The notes under the pieces are model-generated. The model searched no databases. It saw only the letters and a program-made list of their open reading frames with translations, and was not told the DNA's origin. This document shows positions 1 to 15,000 of a stretch of 64,000 bases of DNA, in pieces. Each line of letters opens with the position of its first letter. The first letter of the stretch is position 1. The position numbers were made by a program, and so were the translations under genes. The DNA comes from Eledone cirrhosa (Eukaryota): contig OZ024748.1 of assembly GCA_964016885.1 (NCBI GenBank), forward strand, positions 26,350,001 to 26,414,000, written 5' to 3'.

Positions 1-1
1 T

Positions 2-3000
2 ACTAGTATTGAATATACAACTGAGACATCAACAGAAAAACCACTACCTATCAAGACACCTACAAGCACAGCTGAAAAGATCACTGAAACTATAACAGAC
101 ACAACAGCAACAACATCACAGCTTCCTTCAACAAGTGAAATCCATATAGAAACTCCTAAATCTACTTCTGAACTGCCTCATATAACAGACATTGAAACAA
201 GTACAATGGAAAGAACAACACAAATTACAGATATTGAAACTGAACGCACAACTCAGACAGAAATTACACCACAACTAACAACATCTCCTGAAGAAACAAC
301 TCTGTCTACTCAGGTAGAGGACATCGAAAAGGTGACACCAACACAAGTTGCTAGCACAATGCATACATCACCTGAAACAACAGTTGTTTCATCTCCAGAA
401 CACACCTCTATAACACCTACAGATGAACTTACTAGTATTGAATATACAACTGAGACATCAACTGAAAAACCACTACCTATAAAGACACCTACAAGCACAG
501 CTGAAAAGATCACTGAAACTAGAACAGACACAACAGCAACAACATCACAGCTTCCTTCAACAAGTGAAATCCATATAGAAAATCCTAAATCTACTTCTGA
601 ACTGCCTCATATAACAGACATTGAAATAAGTACAATGGAAAGAACAACACAAATTACAGATATTGAAACTGAACGCACAACTCAGATAGAAATTACACCA
701 CAACAAACAACATCTCCTGAAGAAACAACACTGTCTACTCAGGTAGAGGACATCGTAAAGGTGACACCAACACAAGTTGCTAGCACAATGCATACATCAC
801 CTGAAACAACAGTTGTTTCATCTCCAGAACACACCTCTATAACACCTACAGATGAACTTATTAGTATTGAATATACAACTGAGACATCAACTGAAAAACC
901 ACTACCTATCAAGACACCTACAAGCACAGCAGAAAAGATCACTGAAACTAGAACAGACACAACAGCAACAACATCACAGCTTCCTTCAACAAGTGAAATC
1001 CATATAGAAACTCCTAAATCTACTTCTGAACTGCCTCATATAACTGACATTGAAACAAGTACAGTGGAAAGAACAACACAAATTACAGATATTGAAACTG
1101 AACGCACAACTCAGACAGAAATTACACCACAACTAACAACATCTCCTGAAGAAACAACTCTGTCTACTCAGGTAGAGGACATCGAAAAGGTGACACCAAC
1201 ACAAGTTGCTAGCACAATGCATACATCACCTGAAACAACAGTTGTTTCATCTCCTGAACACACCTCTATAACAATTACAGATGAACTTACTAGTATTGAA
1301 TATACAACTGAGACATCAACTGAAAAACCATTACCTATCAAGACACCTACAAGCACAGCTGAAAAGATCACTGAAACTAGAACAGACACAACAGCAACAA
1401 CATCACAGCGTCCTTCAACAAGTGAAATCCATATAGAAACTCCTAAATCTACTTCTGAACTGCCTCATATAACTGACATTGAAACAAGTACAGTGGAAAG
1501 AACAACACAAATTACAGATATTGAAACTGAACGCACAACTCAGACAGAAATTACACCACAACTAACAACATCTCCTGAAGAATCAACTCTGTCTACTCAG
1601 GTAGAGGACATCGAAAAGGTGACACCAACAACAGTTGTTTCATCTCCTGAACACACCTCTATAACACCTACAGATGAACTTACTAGTATTGAATATACAA
1701 CTGAGACATCAACTGAAAAACCACTACCTATCAAGACACATACAAGCACAGCAGAAAAGATCACTGAAACTAGAACAGACACAATAGCAACAACATCACA
1801 GCTTCCTTCAACAAGTGAAATCCATATAGAAACTCCTAAATCTACTTCTGAACTGCCTCATATAACTGACATTGAAACAAGTACAGTGGAAAGAACAACA
1901 CAAGTTACAGATATTGAAACTGAGCGCACAACTCAGACAGAAATTACACCACAACAAACAACATCTCCTGAAGAAACAACACTGTCTACTCAGGTAGAGG
2001 ACATCGTAAAGGTGACAGCAACACAAGTTGCTAGCACAATGCATACATCACCTGAAACGACAGTTGTTTCATCTCCTGAACACACCTCTATAACACCTAC
2101 AGATGAACATACTAGTATTGAATATAGAACTGAGACATCAACTGAAAAACCACTACCTATAAAGACACCTACAAGCACAGCTGAAAAGATCACTGAAACT
2201 ATAACAGACATAACAGCAACAACATCACAGCTTCCTTCAAGAAGTGAAATGCATATAGAAACTCCTAAATCTACTTCTGAACTGCCTCATATAACTGACA
2301 TTGAAACAAGTACAGTGGAAAGAACAACACACGTTACAGATATTGAAACTGAACGCACAACTCAGACAGAAATTACACCACAACTAACAACATCTCCTGA
2401 AGAAACAACTCTGTCTACTCAGGTAGAGGACATCGAAAAGGTGACACCAACACAAGTTGCTAGCACAATGCATACATCACCTGAAACAACAGTTGTTTCA
2501 TCTCCAGAACACACCTCTATAACACCTACAGATGAACTTATTAGTATTGAATATACAACTGAGACATCAACTGAAAAACCACTACCTATCAAGACACCTA
2601 CAAGCACAGCAGAAAAGATCACTGAAACTAGAACAGACACAACAGCAACAACATCACAGCTTCCTTCAACAAGTGAAATCCATATAGAAACTCCTAAATC
2701 TACTTCTGAACTGCCTCATATAACTGACATTGAAACAAGTACAGTGGAAAGAACAACACAAATGACAGATATTGAAACTGAACGCACAACTCAGACAGAA
2801 ATTACACCACAACTAACAACATCTCCTGAAGAAACAACTCTGTCTACTCAGATAGAGGACATCGAAAGGGTGACACCAACACAAGTTGCTAGCACAATGC
2901 ATACATCACCTGAAACAACAGTTGTTTCATCTCCAGAACACACCTCTATAACACCTACAGATGAACTTACTAGTATTGAATATACAACTGTGACATCAAC

Positions 3001-6000
3001 TGAAACACCACTACCTATAAGGACACCTACAAGCACAGCTGAAAAGATCACTGAAACTATAACAGACACAACAGCAACAACATCACAGCTTCCTTCAACA
3101 AGTGAAATCCATATAGAAACTCCTAAATCTACTTCTGAACTGCTTCATATAACTGACATTGAAACAAGTACAGTGGAAAGAACAACACAAGTTACAGATA
3201 TTGAAACTGAGCGCACAACTCGGACAGAAATTACATCACAACAAACAACATCTCCTGAAGAAACAACACTGTCTACTCAGGTAGAGGACATCGTAAAGGT
3301 GACACCAACACAAGTTGCTAGCACAATGCATACATCACCTGAAACAACAGTTGTTTCATCTCCAGAACACACCTCTATAACACCTACAGATGAACTTACT
3401 AGTATTGAATATAGAACTGAGACATCAACTGAAAAATCACTACCTACGATAACACCTAGAAGCACAGCAGAAAAGATCACTGAAACTATAACAGACACAA
3501 CAGCAACAACATCACAGCTTCCTTCAACAAGTGAAATCCATATAGAAACTCCTAAATCTACTTCTGAACTGCCTCATATAACTGACATTGAAACAAGTAC
3601 AGTGGAAAGGACAACACAATTTACAGATATTGAAACTGAACGCACAACTCAGACAGAAATTACACCACAACTAACAACATCTCCTGAAGAAACAACTCTG
3701 TCTACTCAAGTAGAGGACATCGAAAAGGTGACACCAACACAAGTTGCTAGCACAATGCATACATCACCTGAAACAACAGTTGTTTCATCTCCAGAACACA
3801 CCTCTATACCACCTACGGATGAAATTACTAGTATTGAACATACAACTGAGACATCAACTGAAAAACCACTACCTATAAAGACACCTACAAGCACAGCAGA
3901 AAAGATCACTGAAACTAGAACAGACACAACAGCAACAACATCACAGCTTCCTTTAACAAGTGAAATCCATATAGAAACTCCTAAATCTACTTCTGAACTG
4001 CCTCATATAACTGACATTGAAACAAGTACAGTGGAAAGAACAACACAAATTACAGATATTGAAACTGAACGCACAACTCAGAGAGAAATTACACCACAAC
4101 TAACAACATCTCCTGAAGAAACAACTCTGTCTACTCAGGTAGAGGACATCAAAAGGGTGACACCAACACAAGTTGCTAGCACAATGCATACATCACCTGA
4201 AACAACAGTTGTTTCATCTCCAGAACACACCTCTATAACACCTACAGATGAACTTACTAGTATTGAATATACAACTGTGACATCAACTGAAACACCACTA
4301 CCTATAAAGACACCTACAAGCACAGCTGAAAAGATCACTGAAACTATAACAGACACAACAGCAACAACATCACAGCTTCCTTCAACAAGTGAAATCCATA
4401 TAGAAACTCCTAAATCTACTTCTGAACTGCTTCATATAACTGACATTGAAACAAGTACAGTGGAAAGAACAACACAAGTTACAGATATTGAAACTGAGCG
4501 CACAACTCGGACAGAAATTACATCACAAGAAACAACATCTCCTGAAGAAACAACACTGTCTACTCAGGTAGAGGACATCGTAAAGGTGACACCAACACAA
4601 GTTGCTAGCACAATGCATACATCACCTGAAACAACAGTTGTTTCATCTCCAGAACACACCTCTATAACACCTACAGATGAACTTACTAGTATTGAATATA
4701 CAACTGTGACATCAACTGAAACACCACTACCTATAAAGACACCTACAAGCACAGCTGAAAAGATCACTGAAACTATAACAGACACAACAGCAACAACATC
4801 ACAGCTTCCTTCAACAAGTGAAATCCATATAGAAACTCCTAAATCTACTTCTGAACTGCCTCATATAACTGACATTGAAACAAGTACAGTGGAAAGAACA
4901 ACACAAGTTACAGATATTGAAACTGAGCGCACAACTCGGACAGAAATTACATCACAACAAACAACATCTCCTGAAGAAACAACACTGTCTACTCAGGTAG
5001 AGGACATCGTAAAGGTGACACCAACACAAGTTGCTAGCACAATGCATACATCACCTGAAACAACAGTTGTTTCATCTCCAGAACACACCTCTATAACACC
5101 TACAGATGAACTTACTAGTATTGAATATAGAACTGAGACATCAACTAAAAAACCACTACCTATCAAGACACCTACAAGCACAGCAGAAAAGATCACTGAA
5201 ACTATAACAGACACAACAGCAACAACATCACAGCTTCCTTCAACAAGTGAAATCCATATAGAAACTCCTAAATCTACTTCTGAACTGCCTCCTATAACTG
5301 ACATTGAAACAAGTACAGTGGAAAGAACAAAACAAGTTACAGATATTGAAACTGAGCGCACAACTCGGAGAGAAATTACATCACAACAAACAACATCTCC
5401 TGAAGAAACAACACTGTCTACTCAGGTAGAGGACATCGTAAAGGTGACACCAACACAAGTTGCTAGCACAATGCATACATCACCTGAAACAACAGTTGTT
5501 TCATCTGCAGAACACACCTCTATACCACCTACAGATGAAATTACTAGTATTGAACATACAACTGAGACATCAACTGAAAAACCACTACCTATAAAGACAC
5601 CTACAAGCACAGCAGAAAAGATCACTGAAACTAGAACAGACACAACAGCAACAACATCACAGCTTCCTTTAACAAGTGAAATCCATATAGAAACTCCTAA
5701 ATCTACTTCTGAACTGCCTCATATAACTGACATTGAAACAAGTACAGTGGAAAGAACAACACAAATTACAGATATTGAAACTGAACGCACAACTCAGACA
5801 GAAATTACACCACAACTAACAACATCTCCTGAAGAAACCACTCTGTCTACTCAGGTAGAGGACATCGAAAAGGTGACACCAACACAAGTTGCTAGCACAA
5901 TGCATACATCACCTGAAACAACAGTTGTTTCATCTCCAGAACACACCTCTATAACACCTACAAATGAACTTACTAGTATTGAATATAGAACTGAGACATC

Positions 6001-9000
6001 AACTGAAAAACCACTACCTATCAAGACACCTACAAGCACAGCAGAAAAGATCACTGAAACTATAACAGACACAACAGCAACAACATCACAGCTTCCTTCA
6101 ACAAGTGAAATCCATATAGAAACTCCTAAATCTACTTCTGAACTGCCTCATATAACTGACATTGAAACAAGTACAATGGAAAGAACAACACAAATTACAG
6201 ATATTGAAACTGAACGCACAACTCAGACAGAAATTACACCACAACTAACAACATCTCCTGAAGAAACCACTCTGTCTACTCAGGTAGAGGACATCGTAAA
6301 GGTGACACCAACACAAGTTGCTAGCACAATGCATACATCACCTGAAACAACAGTTGTTTCATCTGCAGAACACACCTCTATAACACCTACAGATGAACTT
6401 ACTAGTATTGAATATAGAACTGAGACATCAACTGAAAAACCACTACCTATAAAGACACCTACAAGCACAGCAGAAAAGATCACTGAAACTATAACAGACA
6501 CAACAGCAACAACATCACAGCTTCCTTTAACAAGTGAAATCCATATAGAAACTCCTAAATCTACTTCTGAACTGCCTCATATAACTGACATTGAAACAAG
6601 TACGATGGAAAGAACAACACAAATTACAGATATTGAAACTGAACGCACAACTCAGACAGAAATTACACAACAACTAACAACATCTCCTGAAGAAACAACT
6701 CTGTCTACTCAGGTAGAGGACATCGAAAGGGTGACACCAACACAAGTTGCTAGCACAATGCATACATCACCTGAAACAACAGTTGTTTCATCTCCAGAAC
6801 ACACCTCTATAACACCTACAGATGAACTTACTAGTATTGAATATAGAACTGAGACATCAACTGAAAAACCACTACCTATCAAGACACCTACAAGCACAGC
6901 AGAAAAGATCACTGAAACTATAACAGACACAACAGCAACAACATCACAGCTTCCTTCAACAAGTGAAATCCATATAGAAACTCCTAAATCTACTTCTGAA
7001 CTGCCTCATATAACTGACATTGAAACAAGTACAATGGAAAGAACAACACAAATTACAGATATTGAAACTGAACGCACAACTCAGACAGAAATTACACCAC
7101 AACTAACAACATCTCCTGAAGAAACCACTCTGTCTACTCAGGTAGAGGACATCGAAAAGGTGACACCAACACAAGTTGCTAGCACAATGCATACATCACC
7201 TGAAACAACAGTTGTTTCATCTGCAGAACACACCTCTATAACACCTACAGATGAACTTACTAGTATTGAATATAGAACTGAGACATCAACTGAAAAACCA
7301 CTACCTATAAAGACACCTACAAGCACAGCAGAAAAGATCACTGAAACTAGAACAGACACAACAGCAACAACATCACAGCTTCCTTTAACAAGTGAAATCC
7401 ATATAGAAACTCCTAAATCTACTTCTGAACTGCCTCATATAACTGACATTGAAACAAGTACAGTGGAAAGAACAACACAAATTACAGATATTGAAACTGA
7501 ACGCACAACTCAGACAGAAATTACACCACAACTAACAACATCTCCTGAAGAAACAACTCTGTCTACTCAGGTAGAGGACATCGAAAGGGTGACACCAACA
7601 CAAGTTGCTAGCACAATGCATACATCACCTGAAACAACAGTTGTTTCATCTCCAGAACACACCTCTATAACACCTACAGATGAACTTACTAGTATTGAAT
7701 ATACAACGGTGACATCAACTGAAACACCACTACCTATAAAGACACCTACAAGCACAGCTGAAAAGATCACTGAAACTATAACAGACACAACAGCAACAAC
7801 ATCACAGCTTCCTTCAACAAGTGAAATCCATATAGAAACTCCTAAATCTACTTCTGAACTGCCTCATATAACTGACATTGAAACAAGTACAGTAGAAAGA
7901 ACAACACAAGTTACAGATATTGAAACTGAGCGCACAACTCGGACAGAAATTACATCACAACAAACAACATCTCCTGAAGAAACAACACTGTCTACTCAGG
8001 TAGAGGACATCGAAAGGGTGACACCAACACAAGTTGCTAGCACAATGCATACATCACCTGAAACAACAGTTGTTTCATCTCCAGAACACACCTCTATAAC
8101 ACCTACAGATGAACTTACTAGTATTGAATATACAACTGTGACATCAACTGAAACACCACTACCTATAAAGACACCTACAAGCACAGCTGAAAAGATCACT
8201 GAAACTATAACAGACACAACAGCAACAACATCACAGCTTCCTTCAACAAGTGAAATCCATATAGAAACTCCTAAATCTACTTCTGAACTGCCTCATATAA
8301 CTGACATTGAAACAAGTACAGTGGAAAGAACAACACAAGTTACAGATATTGAAACTGAGCGCACAACTCGGACAGAAATTACATCACAACAAACAACATC
8401 TCCTGAAGAAACAACACTGTCTACTCAGGTAGAGGACATCGTAAAGGTGACACCAACACAAGTTGCTAGCACAATGCATACATCACCTGAAACGACAGTT
8501 GTTTCATCTCCAGAACACACCTCTATAACACCTACAGATGAACTTACTAGTATTGAATATAGAACTGAGACATCAACTGAAAAACCACTACCTATAAAGA
8601 CACCTACAAGCACAGCAGAAAAGATCACTGAAACTAGAACAGACACAACAGCAACAACATCACAGCTTCCTTTAACAAGTGAAATCCATATAGAAACTCC
8701 TAAATCTACTTCTGAACTGCCTCATATAACTGACATTGAAACAAGTACAGTGGAAAGAACAACACAAATTACAGATATTGAAACTGAACGCACAACTCCG
8801 ACAGAAATTACACAACAACTAACAACATCTCCTGAAGAAACAACTCTGTCTACTCAGGTAGAGGACATCGAAAGGGTGACACCAACACAAGTTGCTAGCA
8901 CAATGCATACATCACCTGAAACAACAGTTGTTTCATCTCCAGAACACACCTCTATAACACCTACAGATGAACTTACTAGTATTGAATATACAACTGAGAC

Positions 9001-12000
9001 ATCAACTGAAAAACCACTACTTATCAAGACACCTACAAGCACAGCAGAAAAGATCACTGAAACTATAACAGACACAACAGCAACAACATCACAGCTTCCT
9101 TCAACAAGTGAAATCCATATAGAAACTCCTAAATCTACTTCTGAACTGCCTCATATAACTGACATTGAAACAAGTACAATGGAAAGAACAACACAAATTA
9201 CAGATATTGAAACTGAACGCACAACTCAGACAGAAATTACACCACAACTAACAACATCTCCTGAAGAAACCACTCTGTCTACTCAGGTAGAGGACATCGA
9301 AAAGGTGACACCAACACAAGTTGCTAGCACAATGCATACATCACCTGAAACAACAGTTGTTTCATCTGCAGAACACACCTCTATAACACCTACAGATGAA
9401 CTTACTAGTATTGAATATAGAACTGAGACATCAACTGAAAAACCACTACCTGTAAAGACACCTACAAGCACAGCAGAAAAGATCACTGAAACTAGAACAG
9501 ACACAACAGCAACAACATCACAGCTTCCTTTAACAAGTGAAATCCATATAGAAACTCCTAAATCTACTTCTGAACTGCCTCATATAACTGACATTGAAAC
9601 AAGTACAGTGGAAAGAACAACACAAATTACAGATATTGAAACTGAACGCACAACTCAGACAGAAATTACACCACAACTAACAACATCTCCTGAAGAAACA
9701 ACTCTGTCTACTCATGTAGAGGACATCGAAAGGGTGACACCAACACAAGTTGCTAGCACAATGCATACATCACCTGAAACAACAGTTGTTTCATCTCCAG
9801 AACACACCTCTATAACACCTACAGATGAATTTACTAGTATTGAATATACAACTGTGACATCAACTGAAACACCACTACCTATAAAGACACCTACAAGCAC
9901 AGCTGAAAAGATCACTGAAACTATAACAGACACAACAGCAACAACATCACAGCTTCCTTCAACAAGTGAAATCCATATAGAAACTCCTAAATCTACTTCT
10001 GAACTGCCTCATATAACTGACATTGAAACAAGTACAGTAGAAAGAACAACACAAGTTACAGATATTGAAACTGAGCGCACAACTCGGACAGAAATTACAT
10101 CACAACAAACAACATCTCCTGAAGAAACAACACTGTCTACTCAGGTAGAGGACATCGTAAAGGTGACACCAACACAAGTTGCTAGCACAATGCATACATC
10201 ACCTGAAACAACAGTTGTTTCATCTCCAGAACACACCTCTATAACACCTACAGATGAACTTACTAGTATTGAATATAGAACTGAGACATCAACTGAAAAA
10301 CCACTACCTATCAAGACACCTACAAGCACAGCAGAAAAGATCACTGAAACTATAACTGACACAGCAGCAACAACATCACAGCTTCCTTCAACAAGTGAAA
10401 TCCATATAGAAACTCCTAAATCTACTTCTGAACTGCCTCATATAACTGACATTGAAACAAGTACAGTGGAAAGAACAACACAAATTACAGATCTTGAAAC
10501 TGAACGCACAACTCAGACAGAAATTACACCACAACTAACAACATCTCCTGAAGAAACAACTCTGTCTACTCAGGTAGAGGACATCGAAAAGGTGACACCA
10601 ACACAAGTTGCTAGCACAATGCATACATCACCTGAAACAACAGTTGTTTCATCTCCAGAACACACCTCTATAACACCTACAGATGAACTTACTAGTATTG
10701 AATATATAACTGAGACATCAACTGAAAAACCACTACCTATCAAGACACCTACAAGCACAGCAGAAAAGATCACTGAAACTATAACAGACACAACAGCAAC
10801 AACATCACAGCTTCCTTCAACAAGTGAAATCAATATAGAAACTCCTAAATCTACTTCTGAACTGCCTCATATAACTGACATTGAAACAAGTACAGTGGAA
10901 AGGACAACAAAAATTACAGATATTGAAACTGAACGCACAACTCAGACAGAAATTACACCACAACTAACAACATCTCCTGAAGAAACCACTCTGTCTACTC
11001 AGGTAGAGGACATCGTAAAGGTGACACCAACACAAGTTGCTAGCACAATGCATACATCACCTGAAACAACAGTTGTTTCATCTCCAGAACACACCTCTAT
11101 AACACCTACAGATGAACTTACTAGTATTGAATATAGAACTGAGACATCAACTGAAAAACCACTACCTATCAAGACACCTACAAGCACAGCAGAAAAGATC
11201 ACTGAAACTATAACTGACACAGCAGCAACAACATCACAGCTTCCTTCAACAAGTGAAATCCATATAGAAACTCCTAAATCTACTTCTGAACTGCCTCATA
11301 TAACTGACATTGAAACAAGTACAGTGGAAAGAACAACACAAATTACAGATCTTGAAACTGAACGCACAACTCAGACAGAAATTACACCACAACTAACAAC
11401 ATCTCCTGAAGAAACAACTCTGTCTACTCAGGTAGAGGACATCGAAAAGGTGACACCAACACAAGTTGCTAGCACAATGCATACATCACCTGAAACAACA
11501 GTTGTTTCATCTCCAGAACACACCTCTATAACACCTACAGATGAACTTACTAGTATTGAATATATAACTGAGACATCAACTGAAAAACCACTACCTATCA
11601 AGACACCTACAAGCACAGCAGAAAAGATCACTGAAACTATAACAGACACAACAGCAACAACATCACAGCTTCCTTCAACAAGTGAAATCCATATAGAAAC
11701 TCCTAAATCTACTTCTGAACTGCCTCATATAACTGACATTGAAACAAGTACAGTGGAAAGAACAACACAAATTACAGATATTGAAACTGAACGCACAACT
11801 CAGACAGAAATTACACCACAACTAACAACATCTCCTGAAGAAACAACTCTGACTACTCAGGTAGAGGACATCGAAAGGGTGACACCAACACAAGTTGCTA
11901 GCACAATGCATACATCACCTGAAACAACAGTTGTTTCATCTCCAGAACACACCTCTATAACACCTACAGATGAACTTACTAGTATTGAATATACAACTGT

Positions 12001-15000
12001 GACATCAACTGAAACACCACTACCTATAAAGACACCTACAAGCACAGCTGAAAAGATCACTGAAACTATAACAGACACAACAGCAACAACATCACAGCTT
12101 ACTTCAACAAGTGAAATCCATATAGAAACTCCTAAATCTACTTCTGAACTGCCTCATATAACTGACATTGAAACAAGTACAGTGGAAAGAACAACACAAG
12201 TTACAGATATTGAAACTGAGCGCACAACTCGGACAGAAATTACATCACAACAAACAACATCTCCTGAAGAAACAACACTGTCTACTCAGGTAGAGGACAT
12301 CGTAAAGGTGACACCAACAAAAGTTGCTAGCACAATGCATACATCACCTGAAACGACAGTTGTTTCATCTCCAGAACACACCTCTATAACACCTACAGAT
12401 GAACTTACTAGTATTGAATATACAACTGAGACATCAACTGAAAAACCACTACCTATCAAGACACCTACAAGCACAGCAGAAAAGATCACTGAAACTATAA
12501 CAGACACAACAGCAACAACATCACAGCTTCCTTCAACAAGTGAAATCAATATAGAAACTCCTAAATCTACTTCTGAACTGCCTCATATAACTGACATTGA
12601 AACAAGTACAGTGGAAAGGACAACACAAATTACAGATATTGAAACTGAACGCACAACTCAGACAGAAATTACACCACAACTAACAACATCTCCTGAAGAA
12701 ACAACTCTGTCTACTCAGGTAGAGGACATCGAAAGGGTGACACCAACACAAGTTGCTAGCACAATGCATACATCACCTGAAACAACAGTTGTTTCATCTC
12801 CAGAACACACCTCTATAACACCTACAGATGAACTTACTAGTATTGAATATACAACTGTGACATCAACTGAAACACCACTACCTATAAAGACACCTACAAG
12901 CACAGCTGAAAAGATCACTGAAACTATAACAGACACAACAGCAACAACATCACAGCTTCCTTCAACAAGTGAAATCCATATAGAAACTCCTAAATCTACT
13001 TCTGAACTGCCTCATATAACTGACATTGAAACAAGTACAGTGGAAAGAACAACACAAGTTACAGATATTGAAACTGAGCGCACAACTCGGACAGGAATTA
13101 CATTACAACAAACAACATCTCCTGAAGAAACAACACTGTCTACTCAGGTAGAGGACGTCGTAAAGGTGACACCAACACAAGTTGCTAGCACAATGCATAC
13201 ATCACCTGAAACAACAGTTGTTTCATCTCCAGAACACACCTCTATAACACCTACAGATGAACTTACTAGTATTGAATATAGAACTGAGACATCAACTGAA
13301 AAATCACTACCTACGATAACACCTAGAAGCACAGCAGAAAAGATCACTGAAACTATAACAGACACAACAGCAACAACATCACAGCTTCCTTCAACAAGTG
13401 AAATCCATATAGAAACTCCTAAATCTACTTCTGAACTGCCTCATATAACTGACATTGAAACAAGTACAGTGGAAAGGACAACACAAATTACAGATATTGA
13501 AACTGAACGCACAACTCAGACAGAAATTACACCACAACTAACAACATCTCCTGAAGAAACAACTCTGTCTACTCAGGTAGAGGACATCGTAAAGGTGACA
13601 CCAACACAAGTTGCTAGCACAATGCATACATCACCTGAAACAACAGTTGTTTCATCTCCAGAACACACCTCTATAACACCTACAGATGAACTTACTAGTA
13701 TTGAATATAGAACTGAGACATCAACTGAAAAACCACTACCTATCAAGACACCTACAAGCACAGCAGAAAAGATCACTGAAACTATAACTGACACAGCAGC
13801 AACAACATCACAGCTTCCTTCAACAAGTGAAATCCATATAGAAACTCCTAAATCTACTTCTGAACTGCCTCATATAACTGACATTGAAACAAGTACAGTG
13901 GAAAGAACAACACAAATTACAGATCTTGAAACTGAACGCACAACTCAGACAGAAATTACACCACAACTAACAACATCTCCTGAAGAAACAACTCTGTCTA
14001 CTCAGGTAGAGGACATCGAAAAGGTGACACCAACACAAGTTGCTAGCACAATGCATACATCACCTGAAACAACAGTTGTTTCATCTCCAGAACACACCTC
14101 TATAACACCTACAGATGAACTTACTAGTATTGAATATATAACTGAGACATCAACTGAAAAACCACTACCTATCAAGACACCTACAAGCACAGCAGAAAAG
14201 ATCACTGAAACTATAACAGACACAACAGCAACAACATCACAGCTTCCTTCAACAAGTGAAATCAATATAGAAACTCCTAAATCTACTTCTGAACTGCCTC
14301 ATATAACTGACATTGAAACAAGTACAGTGGAAAGGACAACACAAATTACAGATATTGAAACTGAACGCACAACTCAGACAGAAATTACACCACAACTAAC
14401 AACATCTCCTGAAGAAACAACTCTGTCTACTCAGGTAGAGGACATCGAAAGGGTGACACCAACACAAGTTGCTAGCACAATGCATACATCACCTGAAACA
14501 ACAGTTGTTTCATCTCCAGAACACACCTCTATAACACCTACAGATGAACTTACTAGTATTGAATATACAACTGAGACATCAACTGAAAAACCACTACCTA
14601 TCAAGACACCTACAAGCACAGCAGAAAAGATAACTGAAACTAGAACAGACACAACAGCAACAACATCACAGCTTCCTTCAACAAGTGAAATCCATATAGA
14701 AACTCCTAAATCTACTTCTGAACTGCCTCATATAACTGACATTGAAACAAGTACAATGGAAAGAACAACACAAATTACAGATATTGAAACTGAACGCACA
14801 ACTCAGACAGAAATTACACCACAACTAACAACATCTCCTGAAGAAACCACTCTGTCTACTCAGGTAGAGGACATCGTAAAGGTGACACCAACACAAGTTG
14901 CTAGCACAATGCATACATCACCTGAAACAACAGTTGTTTCATCTCCAGAACACACCTCTATAACACCTACAGATGAACTTACTAGTATTGAATATAGAAC

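Noticed and set aside
349-436. Short palindromes GCTAGC, ATGCAT and ACTAGT once per unit
   Set aside because: Six-base palindromes are expected by chance and form no extended hairpin. They are useful only as restriction sites (NheI, NsiI, SpeI) for a 429-bp ladder test.
478-483. TATAAA TATA-box-like hexamer in many units
   Set aside because: It arises from the codons CCT ATA AAG (P-I-K) and alternates with the synonymous CCT ATC AAG; there is no promoter context.
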